A DNA stretch of 64,000 bases, taken from the NCBI GenBank assembly GCA_951406725.2, contig OX597815.1, forward strand, positions 161,076,001 to 161,140,000. The letters are read 5' to 3'. The notes under the pieces are model-generated. The model searched no databases. It was given only the letters and a program-made list of their open reading frames with translations, and had not been told where the DNA came from. The translations under genes and the position numbers were made by a program. Positions 1-11,639 of the stretch are shown here, in pieces (position 1 is the stretch's first letter; the number at the start of each line of letters is the position of its first letter). The stretch is from Octopus vulgaris (lineage: Eukaryota).

Positions 1-47
1 GTGTATGTGTGTGTATATACATATATAATATATATATGTGCATTTGA

Positions 48-82
<35 letters not shown>

Positions 83-133
83 GTCTTTATTCATTTGTAT
101 ATAAATATATGTATGTATGTATGTATGTATAAA

Positions 134-415
134 TCATCACCATCATCATAGTTTAATGTCCGCTTTCCATGCTGGTATGGGTTGGACGGTTTGACTGAGG
201 ATTGGTGCCAGAGGTGCTGCACCAGGCTCCAGTCTGATCTGGCAGTGTTTCTACAGCTGGATGCCCTTCCTAATGCCAACCACTCCATGAGTGTAGTGGG
301 TGTTTTTTACGTGCCACCGGCACAGGTGCCAGGTGAGGCTGGCAATGGCCACAATTGGTTGGTGCCACCGGCACAGAAGCCAGTCAAGGCGGCGCTGGCA
401 TTGGCCATGTTCGGC
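134..415 (-). mobile_element. Family C: RTE-LINE-derived 3' end with (GAT)n tail
   Basis: Minus strand reads ...GGAGTGGTTGGCATTAGGAAGGGCATCCAGCTGTAGAAA...CCAACCCATACCAGCATGGAAAGCGGACATTAAAC then (GAT)n; more than 10 related copies in the window. Confidence 0.8.
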
Positions 416-504
416 CAATATATATATATTATATAGGCGGAAGTTACTGCCATGTGTGTATATGTGTGTGTAGGTGCTCAGTGCCTCTCCGAAAGAGAGA
501 GAGG

Positions 505-564
505 GATATATATATATATGTATATGTATGTATATATGTATGTATATATATATGTATATATATG

Positions 565-618
<54 letters not shown>

Positions 619-652
619 GGTATATATATGTGTATGTATATATATGTATATA
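505..652. repeat. (TA)n/(TATG)n compound microsatellite
   Basis: Directly visible. Confidence 0.95.
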
Positions 653-974
653 TTTAACATTTTTTCATATCTAAATTTTCAGTTTACATAAACCATGTTT
701 GTAAGCAAGCAAATAAGGATATAATAATTGATGATTCTAAGCTAATAATTTACAGCTTTCTGAAAACAATATTTTATAAATAGTTATTAATCAGCCATGT
801 TTCAAAACATTTACTTCAATGTACAATCTTAATGTATTCACTGTTCATGCAGCTATTAATAACGGACTCTGTTGGGATTTTATGTATCAGCTTTCTAAAC
901 ATTAATATGAAATTTCCACTTATTTAAATGGTTTATAATTCAGAAAATTGGGGCTTTAGTTTTTATTCTTTTAT

Positions 975-1390
975 TCTTATTTCTTTATTGCCCACAGGGG
1001 GCTAAACATAGAGGAGACAAACAAGGACAAACAAAGGGATTAAGTCGATTACATCAACCCCAGTGTGTAACTGGTACTTAATTTATCGACCTCGAAAGGA
1101 TGAAAGGCAAAGGCAATTTGTCAGATTTGAACTCAGAACACAGCAGCAGACGAAATACCTATTTCTTTACTACCCACAAGGGGCTAAACACAGAGGACAA
1201 ACAAGGACAGACAAATGGATTAAGTCGATTATATCGACCCCAGTGCGTAACTGGTACTTATTTAATCGACCCTGAAAGGATGAAAGGCAAAGTCGACCTC
1301 AGCGGAATTTGAACTCAGAACGTAACAGCAGACGAAATAACGCTAAGCATTTTGCCAGGCATGCTAACGATTCTGCCAGCTCACCGCCTT
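975..1390 (-). mobile_element. Family B tRNA-derived SINE, internally duplicated (dimeric) form
   Basis: Head GGCGGTGAGCTGGCAGAATCGTTAGC...GAGTTCAAATTCCGC (A/B-box-like), core GCCTTTCATCCTTTC..GGTCGAT present twice; the same dimer occurs at 36577-36968 and 44855-45279. Confidence 0.85.
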
Positions 1391-1803
1391 TTATTCTTTT
1401 ATTCTACTTGTTTCAATCATCTGAGTGAGGCTATGCTGGAGCACTACCTTGAAGGGTTTTTAGTCAAACAATTGACCCTGGGATTTATTTTGTAAACCTA
1501 GTAATTATTTTATCAGACTCTTTTGTGGAGCTGCTAAGTTACAGGGATGTAAACACACCAGCACCAGTCGTCAAAGCAGTGATAGGAGGGACGAACACAG
1601 ACACAAAGACACACACTCATAAATAAACATATATATATAAATATATATACGACAGGCTTCGTTCAGTTTCCACCTACCAAATCCACTCACAAGGCTTTGG
1701 TCAGCCTGAAGCATTAGTAGATGACACTTGCCCAAGGTGCCATGCAGTGGGACTGAACACAGAACCATATGGTTGGGAAGCAAGCTTCTTACCACACAGC
1801 CCC
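1391..1803 (-). mobile_element. Family A tRNA-derived SINE (CORE-like CCTTGGGCAAGT motif, internal microsatellite)
   Basis: Minus strand GGCTGTGTGGTAAGAAGCTTGCTTCCCAACCA..GTTCAGTCCCACTGCATGGCACCTTGGGCAAGTGTC; more than 20 copies in the window. Confidence 0.85.
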
Positions 1804-2452
1804 ATATCCAGAAAACTGTTATGGATGTAAATGAGATTGTGATTAAGAAGTTTGCTTTCTTACTACCTGGTTAGGAGTTTGGAGTTCAATTCCACTCTGT
1901 GGCACCTTGGATAAAAATGTCTTTTACCATAGCCTTGCATTAGCTAAAGACTTTTGATTAAAATTTAATCCATAGAAAGCTTCTTCAAGCTTCTTGCTAG
2001 TTTCTATTCTTTTATTCTTTCTTTTTATTTGTTTTAATCATTTGACTGTGGCTGTGCTGGAGCACCACCTTGAAAGGTTATTTAAGTTGCACAATCAACC
2101 CAGGACTTCTTTCCTATGCCTAGTACTTATTCTACCGGTCTCTTTCTTGGCCCCTTATTCTATTGGTCCTTTTTTTAGGTAGTAGATATAACCCATCACC
2201 TAATTTAACATCGCCATCTTACATTTGAGTTCCTAAACCAGGATCCACTCTCATAAAAGTAATTGGGTTAGGTTAAGGGTCTTCCTCCCACCAGTCTCAG
2301 ATGCCTTAAAGGTTACGCACTTTACCCTCCCTTCTCTGACTAAAACACATAAACTAAGATATGATTTTCTTTGTTTTAGAAATTTAATGATTTTGGCAAA
2401 TAATTCATTTGGTAACAATTTAGTGTGGTCTATATGTATGAATGCATGTATG

Positions 2453-2692
2453 TTTATTCTTTTATTTGCTTTAGTCATTTGACTGTGGCCATGCTGGAGC
2501 ACCACCTTTAATCAAACAAATTGACCCCAGGACTTATTCTTTGTAAGCCTTAGTACTTATTCTATCGGTCTCTTTTGCTGAGCTCCTAAGTTACAGAGAA
2601 GTAAACACACCAGCAGCAGTTGTCAAACGATATTGAGGGGACAAACACAAACACACAATATCACATACATACATACATACATACATACACAA

Positions 2693-2727
<35 letters not shown>

Positions 2728-2892
2728 CATACATAAACGACAGGCTTCTTTCAGTTTCCATCTGCCGAATCCACTCACAAGGATTTGGTCAGCCTGAGTC
2801 TATAGTAGGAGATCTTGCCCAAGGTGCCATGTAGTCAGACTGAACCAATGGTTGGGAAGCAAGCTTCTTACCACACAACCACTCCTGTACCT
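2453..2892 (-). mobile_element. Family A SINE
   Basis: Full head, internal (CATA)/(CA)/(TA) run and tail match the other copies. Confidence 0.85.
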
Positions 2893-2951
2893 AATGTACA
2901 TATATATATATATATATTTATGTGTGTGTGTGTGTAGTCAGACAGACAGAC

Positions 2952-3083
2952 TTTTAATTTTGGGGGCGGAAATGCCACAGAATGCATTCGTAAAAGCTCC
3001 AATGCTTTTTCTTCTTGTTGGCTACCACCTGTTATTCCCATCTTCCAGAGTAATCCTTTGGGAAGGTTATTCATGTAGAACTC
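2952..3083 (-). CDS. Candidate coding exon (132 nt, phase 0-0): EFYMNNLPKGLLWKMGITGGSQQEEKALELLRMHSVAFPPPKLK
   Basis: Non-repetitive and richer in GC than its flanks; only one minus frame is open; T-rich tract then AAG acceptor; weak donor AAA|GTCTGT; no family recognised. Confidence 0.3.
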
Positions 3084-3179
3084 CTTATAACTTAGGATAA
3101 ATAAAGTAATAACAAAAATGAATTGTGGATAAAATTTTTTAGACTTTATTCATGTATTGAGTCAAATGTTTTTGCATCA

Positions 3180-3342
3180 CACATGTTCATTTGTGAGAAC
3201 ATTTTCATATCAATAGAATATCACCTTTAAAATGTCTTCAATTGTGCTGAAATTGTACATGTTGAGTTTTTGCACTAAATTAAATAAGAGGGTGTCTTCA
3301 AGTTTTTGAAATGGTAAGTTATTTTGCCTCACCCTAATGTAT
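3180..3342 (-). mobile_element. Possible Tc1/mariner-like terminal fragment
   Basis: Minus strand TA-CATTAGGGTGAGGCAAAATAACTTACC next to a TA microsatellite; partner TIR not found. Confidence 0.3.
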
Positions 3343-3739
3343 ATATGTATATATATATGTGTGTGTGTGTGTATATATATGTATACACACACACACCATA
3401 ATTAAATATTCTAAATGACTTGAGACACCTGTCTTGCCTTGGTTTTGTTGTCCTTTTCCCTCTAATATAGTATATATCTGCTAACTCGAAAGACTAATAT
3501 GGATCCCTAGTTCCAGCCTCAAATGTGTACTTGGAACCTTACGGATAACAATTATAGCACTTATTCAGCATACGTATTTAGTTAAATCACCAGAGAACTT
3601 TCAAATCCCATTATAGTTTTGCTTGGGTGGTAAACTGATATTGTTATCTGGTTTAATGCTACTGGCTGGTACATAGGATGATTTTTTAATCTTTGATGAT
3701 TTGAATCAGAAAATATGTTTGATTCATGTAAAGGACATT

Positions 3740-4560
3740 CTTTTTTCTATCTTTTTTATTTATGGCTATGCGGCTACAATATGCAATAAAGATGTTGATC
3801 CATTGATGCCCGTCCTATCTGTCACGATGAGACATATCATTTAGTGTGGACATATAGTATCAGACATTATATGGTGACCTGAAAAGTGTTAAAGTATTTC
3901 AAATAGCATGTTGACTTGCAACCATGAGTGAAAATTAACGTGAATCCTCCAGCATGTATATACTGTAGGAGACCAAGGTCTTTCCTTAAACAAACAAAAC
4001 AAGGAAAAAAATTGAGCTAGCCAATTTCTGTTCTGTATCCAGTGGCACAATCAAGTTCTCTCTTAAACAAATTTATATTTTTAATGGCTTTGATCTCATC
4101 AGGCAGACTATTGTAAACTGAGCATGATGCATGATCTAGCATGCTTTTAGATCTATTAAGATTAATTCTTTCAACAAACAAATTATTTCGATTTTGATTT
4201 TCCCTGCGATTGACTTCAAAGTTCATCATTTTTTTTTTTTATTGAGAGAGAAAAGGCTGGTACATATCAAGTTGCCGTTTATAGGCAAGGAGGGACAATC
4301 TTTTTTGATTGATTTTTGAATATAGCTGTAAGTTATATATTTTTTAAGAAGTGGACCAGTATGTGCTAAGTAATGTGTGCCATCCAATATTCTGAAGTAC
4401 ATTTTGTCATACAGAAATATGGCATTTATCATAATTGTGTTTGTTACACCCTACTACATTCACATAAATCATTACCAGATACATCAAGATGTTTCACAAT
4501 GTAAGTAAAGCTTGTTATTCACAAATAGTCATGTTTTAAAGTAATTCCTATCAGTTGTGA
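3740..4560 (-). mobile_element. Fossil CR1/L2-group LINE ORF2 C-terminus plus 3' UTR and A-rich tail
   Basis: Broken frames give RILDGTHYLAHTGPLLKK and YNSLPDEIKAIKNINLFKREL, matching the HTxPLF and WNSLP..FK..L motifs of this LINE group; AATAAA and an A-rich end near 3740-3765. Confidence 0.7.
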
Positions 4561-4586
4561 CATACTCTTTATATATATACACTCTT

Positions 4587-4619
<33 letters not shown>

Positions 4620-4644
4620 ATACACTCTTTATATGTATATATAT

Positions 4645-4854
4645 CATCATCATCATCATTGTTTGACCAGGGACTGGGAAGCCAGGAGGCTGCACCAGGC
4701 TCCAGTCTGATCTGGTAGTGTTTCTACTGCTGGATGCCCTTCCTAACGCCAGTCATTCCGTGAGTGTAGTGGGTGCTTTTTACGTGCCACTGGCATAGGT
4801 GCCAGGGGAGGCTGGCCACGGCCATGATTGGTTGGTGCTTTTTGCGTGCCACCA

Positions 4855-4855
<1 letters not shown>
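4645..4855 (-). mobile_element. Family C RTE-derived 3' end
   Basis: Same GGAAGGGCATCCAGC motif and (GAT)n tail; close match to 134-415. Confidence 0.8.
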
Positions 4856-4894
<39 letters not shown>

Positions 4895-5021
4895 TCTTTA
4901 TATGTATATATATCCATGTATATATATGTAAAAATATTCATATACTCATATTTTCAGTTCTCTTTTTCCTGTTTGCACCAACATACTTGTGTGTGTGTAT
5001 ATATATATATTTTTTAAAATT

Positions 5022-5231
5022 TTTTTTACTTGTTTCAGTCATTTTGACTGCGGCCATGCTGGAGCACTGCCTTTAATCGAGCAACTCGACCCTGGAACTT
5101 ATTCTTTGTAAGCCCAGTATTTATTCTATCGGTCTCTTTTGCCAAACCGCTAAGTGACAGGGACATAAACACACCAGCATCGGTTGTCAAGCAATGCTAG
5201 GGGGACTAACACAGACACACAAACATACACG

Positions 5232-5269
<38 letters not shown>

Positions 5270-5416
5270 CATATATACGACGAGCTTCTTTCAGTTTCCG
5301 TCTACCAAATCCACTCACAAGGCTTTGGTCAGCCCAAGGCTATAGTAGAAGACACTTGCCCATGGTGCCATGCAGTGGGACTGAACCCAGCCACTCCTGC
5401 GCCTAGCCACTCCTGC
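5022..5416 (-). mobile_element. Family A SINE (young-looking, CpG retained)
   Basis: High similarity to the copies at 11640 and 14160. Confidence 0.85.
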
Positions 5417-6074
5417 ATATATATATATATATAATTCATAATTACAGTGTAGCTTTCAAAATAAATGGAGTAAGAGATTATGAATTGAATAAGATCGTTA
5501 CCTCAGGTTTGTTGTCATTTTTGTTGTTGCTGTTGCTTTACGTCAATATTGATTGAGCAGACCGTTAGTCAAAGATGTTTCAGCTGTCATACCTTTTTCT
5601 GTTTTTTTTTTTATAGTGTACACATCAATTTACACCTTTGTTGTTGGCCAGTTGGTTGGTTGTCTGATTGACCAACTAATTAATCTGCTTCCAGGTCTGC
5701 TTCAAGTCTTCTAAGTAAACCTGGAGGCAAGAAGGTACATCATTGATGAGATCGTGAATGGCATTGAAAGAACTTTGATAAATAAATGAGGGATTGTTTA
5801 ACTAATAGAATTGGTATGGTGACCCTCATATGATGCAACAAGATTTGTTACAACACAAGAGAAAAAAAGATTATTTTGTAGAGATCAGGGTAATCACAGA
5901 TGAAACAAAGGAAAAACAAACCTATTTTGTGGGTCTTAGAGAAAATAGTGATGGCAATATTTAAAGGGTAATTACCTAATCTTCTTGCAACTAGATTTTT
6001 GTTCCAGTTTTCAAATCTATATTAGAGCACAAAAGGTGCCTGAGAAGAATTTGAAGACTACTTCTGTCAAACTT

Positions 6075-6415
6075 TTGTAAAGATCCCCTCTGGTCATGAA
6101 TGACCATGAGATCGTACCTAGAAAGTTACCCTCTGAGGCATAAGTCTGGGCAAGATACTTTATGGAAGACCAGCAATCGCCCATGCATACCAGTCTCCCC
6201 TCTTCAAGCCACCAATGTTGTCCAAGGGAAATGCAAAGTCTGATACAGTTTGGTACCAGTGACATCACAACTCATTTCTACAGCTGTGGGAATTGGGGCA
6301 ACATGAAATAAATGTTTTGCTGAAGAACACAACACACAGCCCAGTCCGAGAATTGAACTCACACCCTCATGCTTATAAGCCTGACACTCTAACCACTGAG
6401 TCATGTGCTTTCACT
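6075..6415 (-). mobile_element. Family D-head SINE, tail type E
   Basis: tRNA-like head TGACTCAGTGGTTAGAG..GAGTTCAATTC then TGTGTTCTTCAGCAAAACA; tail shared with 50828-51122. Confidence 0.75.
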
Positions 6416-6514
6416 CTGTCAAACATATAATGATGATAATTAGTAGGATATTGTATAAACTACAACTATTTCATTCTAAAATGAAAGATTATGAATAACA
6501 ATGGCAAAAATCAC

Positions 6515-6990
6515 AATATTTTCTCACAAGTCAAATTTTCCACACCAAAATTTTCAGCCAAAATGGTAGATCAATTTATACACCCAGAAAACTTCTGTGG
6601 ACCAAAAATTTCATGTGAAATGCAGCAGGAGTTGGAAAGATTGTGACATGTTTACTACATACACTACATAGACTTTTATGCTGGAAAATGTGTTGTTTGT
6701 TTCAAGAGGTGAATGCAGGATGAGAATTTACAGAATTTATATCTACATTCATCACTACATATGCAAGATATATATCTGCACCCAATATTATATAGACAAG
6801 ATTGTATATATCTATATCCAAGACAACCACAAGTCAAATTTTTCAAACCAAAATTTACAAAAGATAAGTTACTTTATACACCATGACAATTTTTGTGAAC
6901 CAATAACTCCATGTGAAATACAACAGGATTTGAAGTGATAGTGATAATGATTGGATCTTTACATTATGTATTTGCACTATATTTTACATC
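6515..6990 (+). repeat. Locally duplicated unit containing two DNA-transposon-like (pogo/Tc1-type) terminal segments
   Basis: TTCAAGAGGTGAATGCA..GAGAATTTACAGAATTT block and CACACCAAAA..CAGCCAAAA..ATTTATACA segments recur at 11576-13160, with an inverted partial copy at 11200-11381. Confidence 0.7.
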
Positions 6991-7259
6991 GACCTGAATA
7001 TACAAAAATATGGTATGCAGCTCTGTTTGCCAAATCTTGCATTGCTCCAAGTTATAAACTTCTCTCAAACACAGGGATCGACATTACTGAGGATCATGAT
7101 ACACAGTAGTAAATCCTTCATAACACACTGTCTGGCATTCACATGCTGTTAGTCATCAGGTGGGGTCCTAAAATATATTCTCAGTTAATAAATAATAACA
7201 GTAATAATAATGCTGACTGTGCTGATAGCAACACTTCTTAGAAGTATAGATTATTACAC

Positions 7260-7672
7260 AGAGGTGCAAGCATAGCTGTGTGGTAAGAAACTTACATCCA
7301 AACCACACTGTCCCAGATTCAGTCCCTCTGCATGAGACCTTGTGCAAGTTTCTTCTACTATAACCCCAGGCTGAGCAAAGCCTTGTGAATGGATTTGGTA
7401 GACAGTATTTGAAAGAAGTCTGTCACATGTATCTATGTATACGTGTACATGTGTGTGTGTGTGTGTATGTGTGTGTCTGTGTTTGTCCCTCCATGCCACT
7501 TGACAACCGGTGCTGGTGTGTTCACATCCCCATAACTTGGTGGTTTGGCAAACGAAACCAAGAAAATAAGTACTGGAGTTGATACATTTGACTAAAAATT
7601 CTTCAAGGCGATGCCCCAGCATGGCTGCAATCTAATAACTGAAACAAATAAAAGATAAAAGATATAAAAGAT
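7260..7672 (+). mobile_element. Family A SINE
   Basis: Head, CORE-like motif, (TG)n and tail ending GAAACAAATAAAAGATAAAAG. Confidence 0.85.
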
Positions 7673-7704
7673 ATAGCCCTGGTCTCCTAGTACCCCAAAT
7701 ATCA

Positions 7705-7930
7705 TTGTCATCATCATCATCACCATCATTTAATATCTACTTTTCCCTGTTCATATGGGTTGGATTGAATTTATTGAGGCAGATTTTTTTTTTATGGCTG
7801 GATGTCCTTCCTATCACCAACCCTTACCTGTTTCCAAGTAAAGTCTTTGAAAACTGAAAAGAAAGGACATGGTTTGTATGATGGAGATGCTTACAACTAT
7901 CATGCAATGTCAAGGTAGGGAAAAAGTAAC
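7705..7930 (-). mobile_element. SINE variant with a family C-like (GAT)n tail
   Basis: GGAAACAGGTAAGGGTTGGTGATAGGAAGGACATCCAGCC..CTGCCTCAATAAA; a full A-head version lies at 41595-42060. Confidence 0.6.
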
Positions 7931-7970
7931 ATAGACACATGCATGTGTACACGTACATATGCGTACATAC

Positions 7971-8093
7971 CCCAAGACCCATTGGCGGCAAATGAAAGAG
8001 ATATGCCATCATCAACATCAAAAAGATTATGGCCAGTAGGGTATAAAATTTTGGCATACACCATTGAATAAACACAGAATAGGAAGACTTTGT
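7971..8093 (-). CDS. Candidate exon (123 nt) encoding MPKFYTLLAIIFLMLMMAYLFHLPPMGLG, a signal-anchor-like hydrophobic segment
   Basis: Unique sequence; TAG|CAG acceptor with a weak pyrimidine tract; donor GGG|GTATGT at phase 0, in frame with 2952-3083. Confidence 0.33.
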
Positions 8094-8289
8094 CTGCTAT
8101 CAAATATTGATTCAAATTTTAATTTAGTAAAAGACATTATATATCAACAGTCTTTGCCAGTTATTTAATTAATTGATGAAGGAATGAAGGAAATAAGTGA
8201 AGTTTTATAACTTCACTTGAATATTTCCTGGATTTAAGTCTTTCCTATGTCTGAGATCATCTATATTCAGTACATTATAGTCAAAGCAA

Positions 8290-8578
8290 TGAAGGCATGT
8301 GGACCAATGGGTAGAATGTTGCACTCATGATTGTGACATCATGGTTTCAATTCCTGGATTGGGTTGAGTGTTGTGTTCTTGAGGAAAACACTTCATTTCA
8401 TGTTGCTCAGTGATCACTTTGATATGTCGTATGGCACACCTGTACACCTTAACAGACAATGTTGATTTTATGGAGAGAGTGAGCTAATTTAAAGCACAAA
8501 CATTTGATCACTGTAAATAAATGATTTGTGCAGGTTGTTCAACCCATCTTTGTCATTTTTAACAAGAGAGTCCACATT
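8290..8578 (+). mobile_element. Family D-head SINE, tail type F
   Basis: Head plus TGTTGTGTTCTTGAGGAAAACACTTCATTTCATGTTGCTC, followed by a tail unlike the other D copies. Confidence 0.65.
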
Positions 8579-8891
8579 AAGCAGAGTAGAATCAGAATAG
8601 TGTGGTAATGAATTGGTCAAGTAATTAAAGCATCAACAAATTACTTTATGGTATTCATTCTTGCTCTCTACACTCTGAGGTCAACTTTGCCATTCCTCCT
8701 TACAGTCTTGATGAATTCCCATGCTCTTCCTCTTTCCTTTTCCTTCTGTCTATCATCTCATCATCTGTCTCTTCTTTTTCCAGAAGAAATCATCTCTGGT
8801 TAAAGTTTCTTTCAGTTTCCATCTACCAAGGTTACTCACAAAGGTTTGGTTGGGAAGCAAACTTCTTAACACAAAGCCATGACTGTGCCGA

Positions 8892-9055
8892 GTCATAGCT
8901 GTGTGGTAAGAGGCTTGCTTCCCAACCACACAGTTCCTGGTTCAGTCCCACTGCATGACACCTTGGTAAGCATCTAAGCATCTTCTACTATAGTCTCTGG
9001 CCAAGCAGAGCCTTGTGAGTGGATTTGGCAGACGAAAACCGAAAGAAGCCTGTCA

Positions 9056-9094
<39 letters not shown>

Positions 9095-9308
9095 TTTATG
9101 TGTGTGTGTCTGTGTTTGTCCCTTCGCCATTGTTTGACAACCAATGCTGGTGTGTTTGCATCTCCATAACTTAGTAGTTTAGCAAAAGACACCAACAGAA
9201 TAAGTGCTGCGCTTATAAAAAATAGGTACCAGGGTCGATTTCTTTGACCAAAATCCTTTAAGGTGGTGTTCCAGCATGGCTGCAGGGAAATAACTAAAAC
9301 AACTAAAA

Positions 9309-9310
<2 letters not shown>
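8892..9310 (+). mobile_element. Family A SINE (with an oppositely oriented head fragment at 8805-8888)
   Basis: Matches the family A consensus. Confidence 0.85.
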
Positions 9311-9350
<40 letters not shown>

Positions 9351-9355
<5 letters not shown>

Positions 9356-9555
9356 ATCCAAACAAGAAAGCACAAAAAAACACAACAACGCGAGGACGTG
9401 GAACAAATATAGTATTATTGAACGCTCTGGAAAGAAGGAAAGAAGGAGGGTTTAACGTTTCGAGCGGAGCTCTTCGTCGGAAACATAGGAGAAGGAAAGA
9501 TCCAGAGAAGGGAAGACAGGAAAAAAAATCGCCAACGGTACACACGAGGTCACAT
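9351..9555 (-). mobile_element. Penelope-like/retrozyme-like terminal repeat fragment between microsatellites
   Basis: CpG-rich unit of about 200 nt flanked by (TA)n and (TG)/(CA)n, carrying a hammerhead motif. Confidence 0.6.
9450..9484 (-). ncRNA. Minimal type-I hammerhead ribozyme motif (U4C core variant)
   Basis: Minus strand GTTT CCGACGA A GAGC-TCC-GCTC GAAA CG T T AAAC: stem I GTTT/AAAC, stem II GAGC/GCTC, palindromic stem III ACGT. Confidence 0.65.
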
Positions 9556-9571
9556 ATATGTGTGTGTATAT

Positions 9572-9645
<74 letters not shown>

Positions 9646-10167
9646 ACACACACACACAAGCTATAAAGAACAATGAAGATAAAAGCCAAAACTTTTGTGC
9701 AGAGATTTTTCATATTTCATAGTTTGAACTTTGATAACTTATCAGTCTTTGTACAAATTAATTGTTGAAATAATACCATTGTAGGTACAAAAGAAAAAAC
9801 ATATATACAACGATAAGATAGCTCAGTGTATATAATTGTCTTCAGTTATCAAGCACAAGCAGATGGCTTTAATGATCGTTTCCCTTTAATAACTTACATT
9901 TCAACTCAAATAAAATAAAAGGAAATGAAATGACTGCCAAAACAAAAATAGAAAATTTTCATTTTCATTTTGCTTTATCTTATTGCATTTAGCAAACAAT
10001 GGTATTGTTGGTTACATGTTTCCAAAGAAGCAAACACTTGTTTACTACATTTCTGATGGTGACAGTAACAAGAGATTATCAGTACAACTCGGGTAGAATA
10101 TATAACATAGTGTTTTTTTTTAATGTGCCAACATTTCACCAATATTCACCATATATGTTTCAAAATG

Positions 10168-10692
10168 TGGGCCTCGTGGAGGGAAAGTGACAGAATTCCT
10201 TTCAAGTGTTGGACCTCATGGAGGTGAGGTCACTGAGTTTCTATCAAATGGGCTTCATGGAGGTGAGGTGGCTCAGTTCCTTTTGAGCATTAGGCTTCAT
10301 GGAGGCAAAGTGGCTAAACTCCTTTCGAGTGTTGGGCTTCACAGAGACAATGACCGAGACCTTTGGCATTATGTTGTGCTTGAGAAGAAGACCCATCAAG
10401 CCAAGCAAAATCGCAGTCATAGCAGATACCTATGTCATGCAAATGGCACACGTGCCAGTGGCAGGTAACAGCACCTATTACACTCTCGGAGTGGTTGGCG
10501 TTAGGGAGGGCATCCAGCTGTAGAAAACGCTGCCAAATCAGATTGGATCCTGGTGCAGCCTTCCAGCATGCCAGCCCAGTCAAACTGTCCAACCAATGCC
10601 AGCATGGACAGTGGATATTAAATGATGATGATGTATGTATGTATCATCCAACCCATGCCAGCATGGAAAACAGGCATTAAATGATGATGATA
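10168..10692 (+). mobile_element. Family C element with a 5' 42-nt tandem array, RTE ORF2 end and a duplicated (GAT)n tail
   Basis: Units 10168-10209, 10210-10248, 10249-10290, 10291-10332; then DRDLWHYVVLEK (RTE C-terminus); second short tail copy at about 10645-10692. Confidence 0.75.
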
Positions 10693-11639
10693 TGTGTATG
10701 TATGTATGTATATCTATCTATCTAACTATCTACAGCCCTTAAAAAAAATAGACCCCTGTGGGACATTTCCTGGGAGTAGAGAAGTTACTGGTTTGATTTT
10801 CGTTGTCCTTGCACTAACAATCTAAGAGAAGTTAACGAACATAAAAACGTAATGGACAGAGAAACATCACTCAGATTTATAATAGGATGTGTGTGTGCGT
10901 GTGTGCATGCGTTTGTGCGTGTGTGTGTGTGCGTTTGTGTGTGTGTGTGTGTGAGGGATAAACAAAAGTGGCTGGTTACTGTTTACTGATTGATTGATCT
11001 TGACTTGTCAGCCAATATAATTAATTGGATGACGATTATTTATAACCTAATTTTCTATTGTTATGAGAAAATGTGTATTGTATTTAATTGTAGGTAATAA
11101 ATCATGATATTTCATAATTATTCATAATTATGGAGCTACTATTTGAGAGTATTTGATGACAGAATTAGGCTTATTTTATCTTACTATATTTTCCTCAATA
11201 CTAATTGACATAGTATACAGTGTAAGCTTTCAAACATCTTCACTAGCTTTCCAAATTGTGTTGCATTTCACATGGCACTTTTAGTCCACCAAAATTGTCT
11301 TGGTGTATAAGTTGACCTACCTTTTTTTTTACAGTAAATTTTGGTCGGCAAAATTAGACTTGTATACCAAAAAATGTGGTAGTTTCTACTTTTTATTGTT
11401 ATTGAACTGTATCATTCTGCACCCACACTTAGGTTTCTATCTTGTTCAATCATTGTGTGACCACCACAAGTAATCTGAATAGTTAGGTTGGCATAAAACC
11501 AAAAGTAAGAAAGTTTCTAATTAACCAAACAGGAATAGAATGCAACACTAGACACAACTATAAACATGTTAGTTATTACCATATTTTCTGACATAAAAGT
11601 CAAATTTTTCAGACCAAAATATACAATCCAAACTAGGTA

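Noticed and set aside
355-674. ORFs rich in YI/IY/CV/TH repeats (also 9058-9713, 26938-27435, 43020-43322, 55532-56115, 62718-63148)
   Set aside because: Translations of (TA)n/(TG)n/(CA)n microsatellites, which lack stop codons
1063-1795. Recurrent similar short ORFs (MHNWYLIYRPRKDERQ.., LGKCLLL.., STKSTHKALV..)
   Set aside because: Chance frames through SINE B and SINE A copies, not a protein family
2262-2282. GGGTTAGGTTAAGGG telomere-like stretch
   Set aside because: Only about two imperfect units; not an array
5695-5740. Possible 40-nt + strand exon (SASSLLSKPGGKK)
   Set aside because: Weak GTACAT donor, no partner exons; expected by chance
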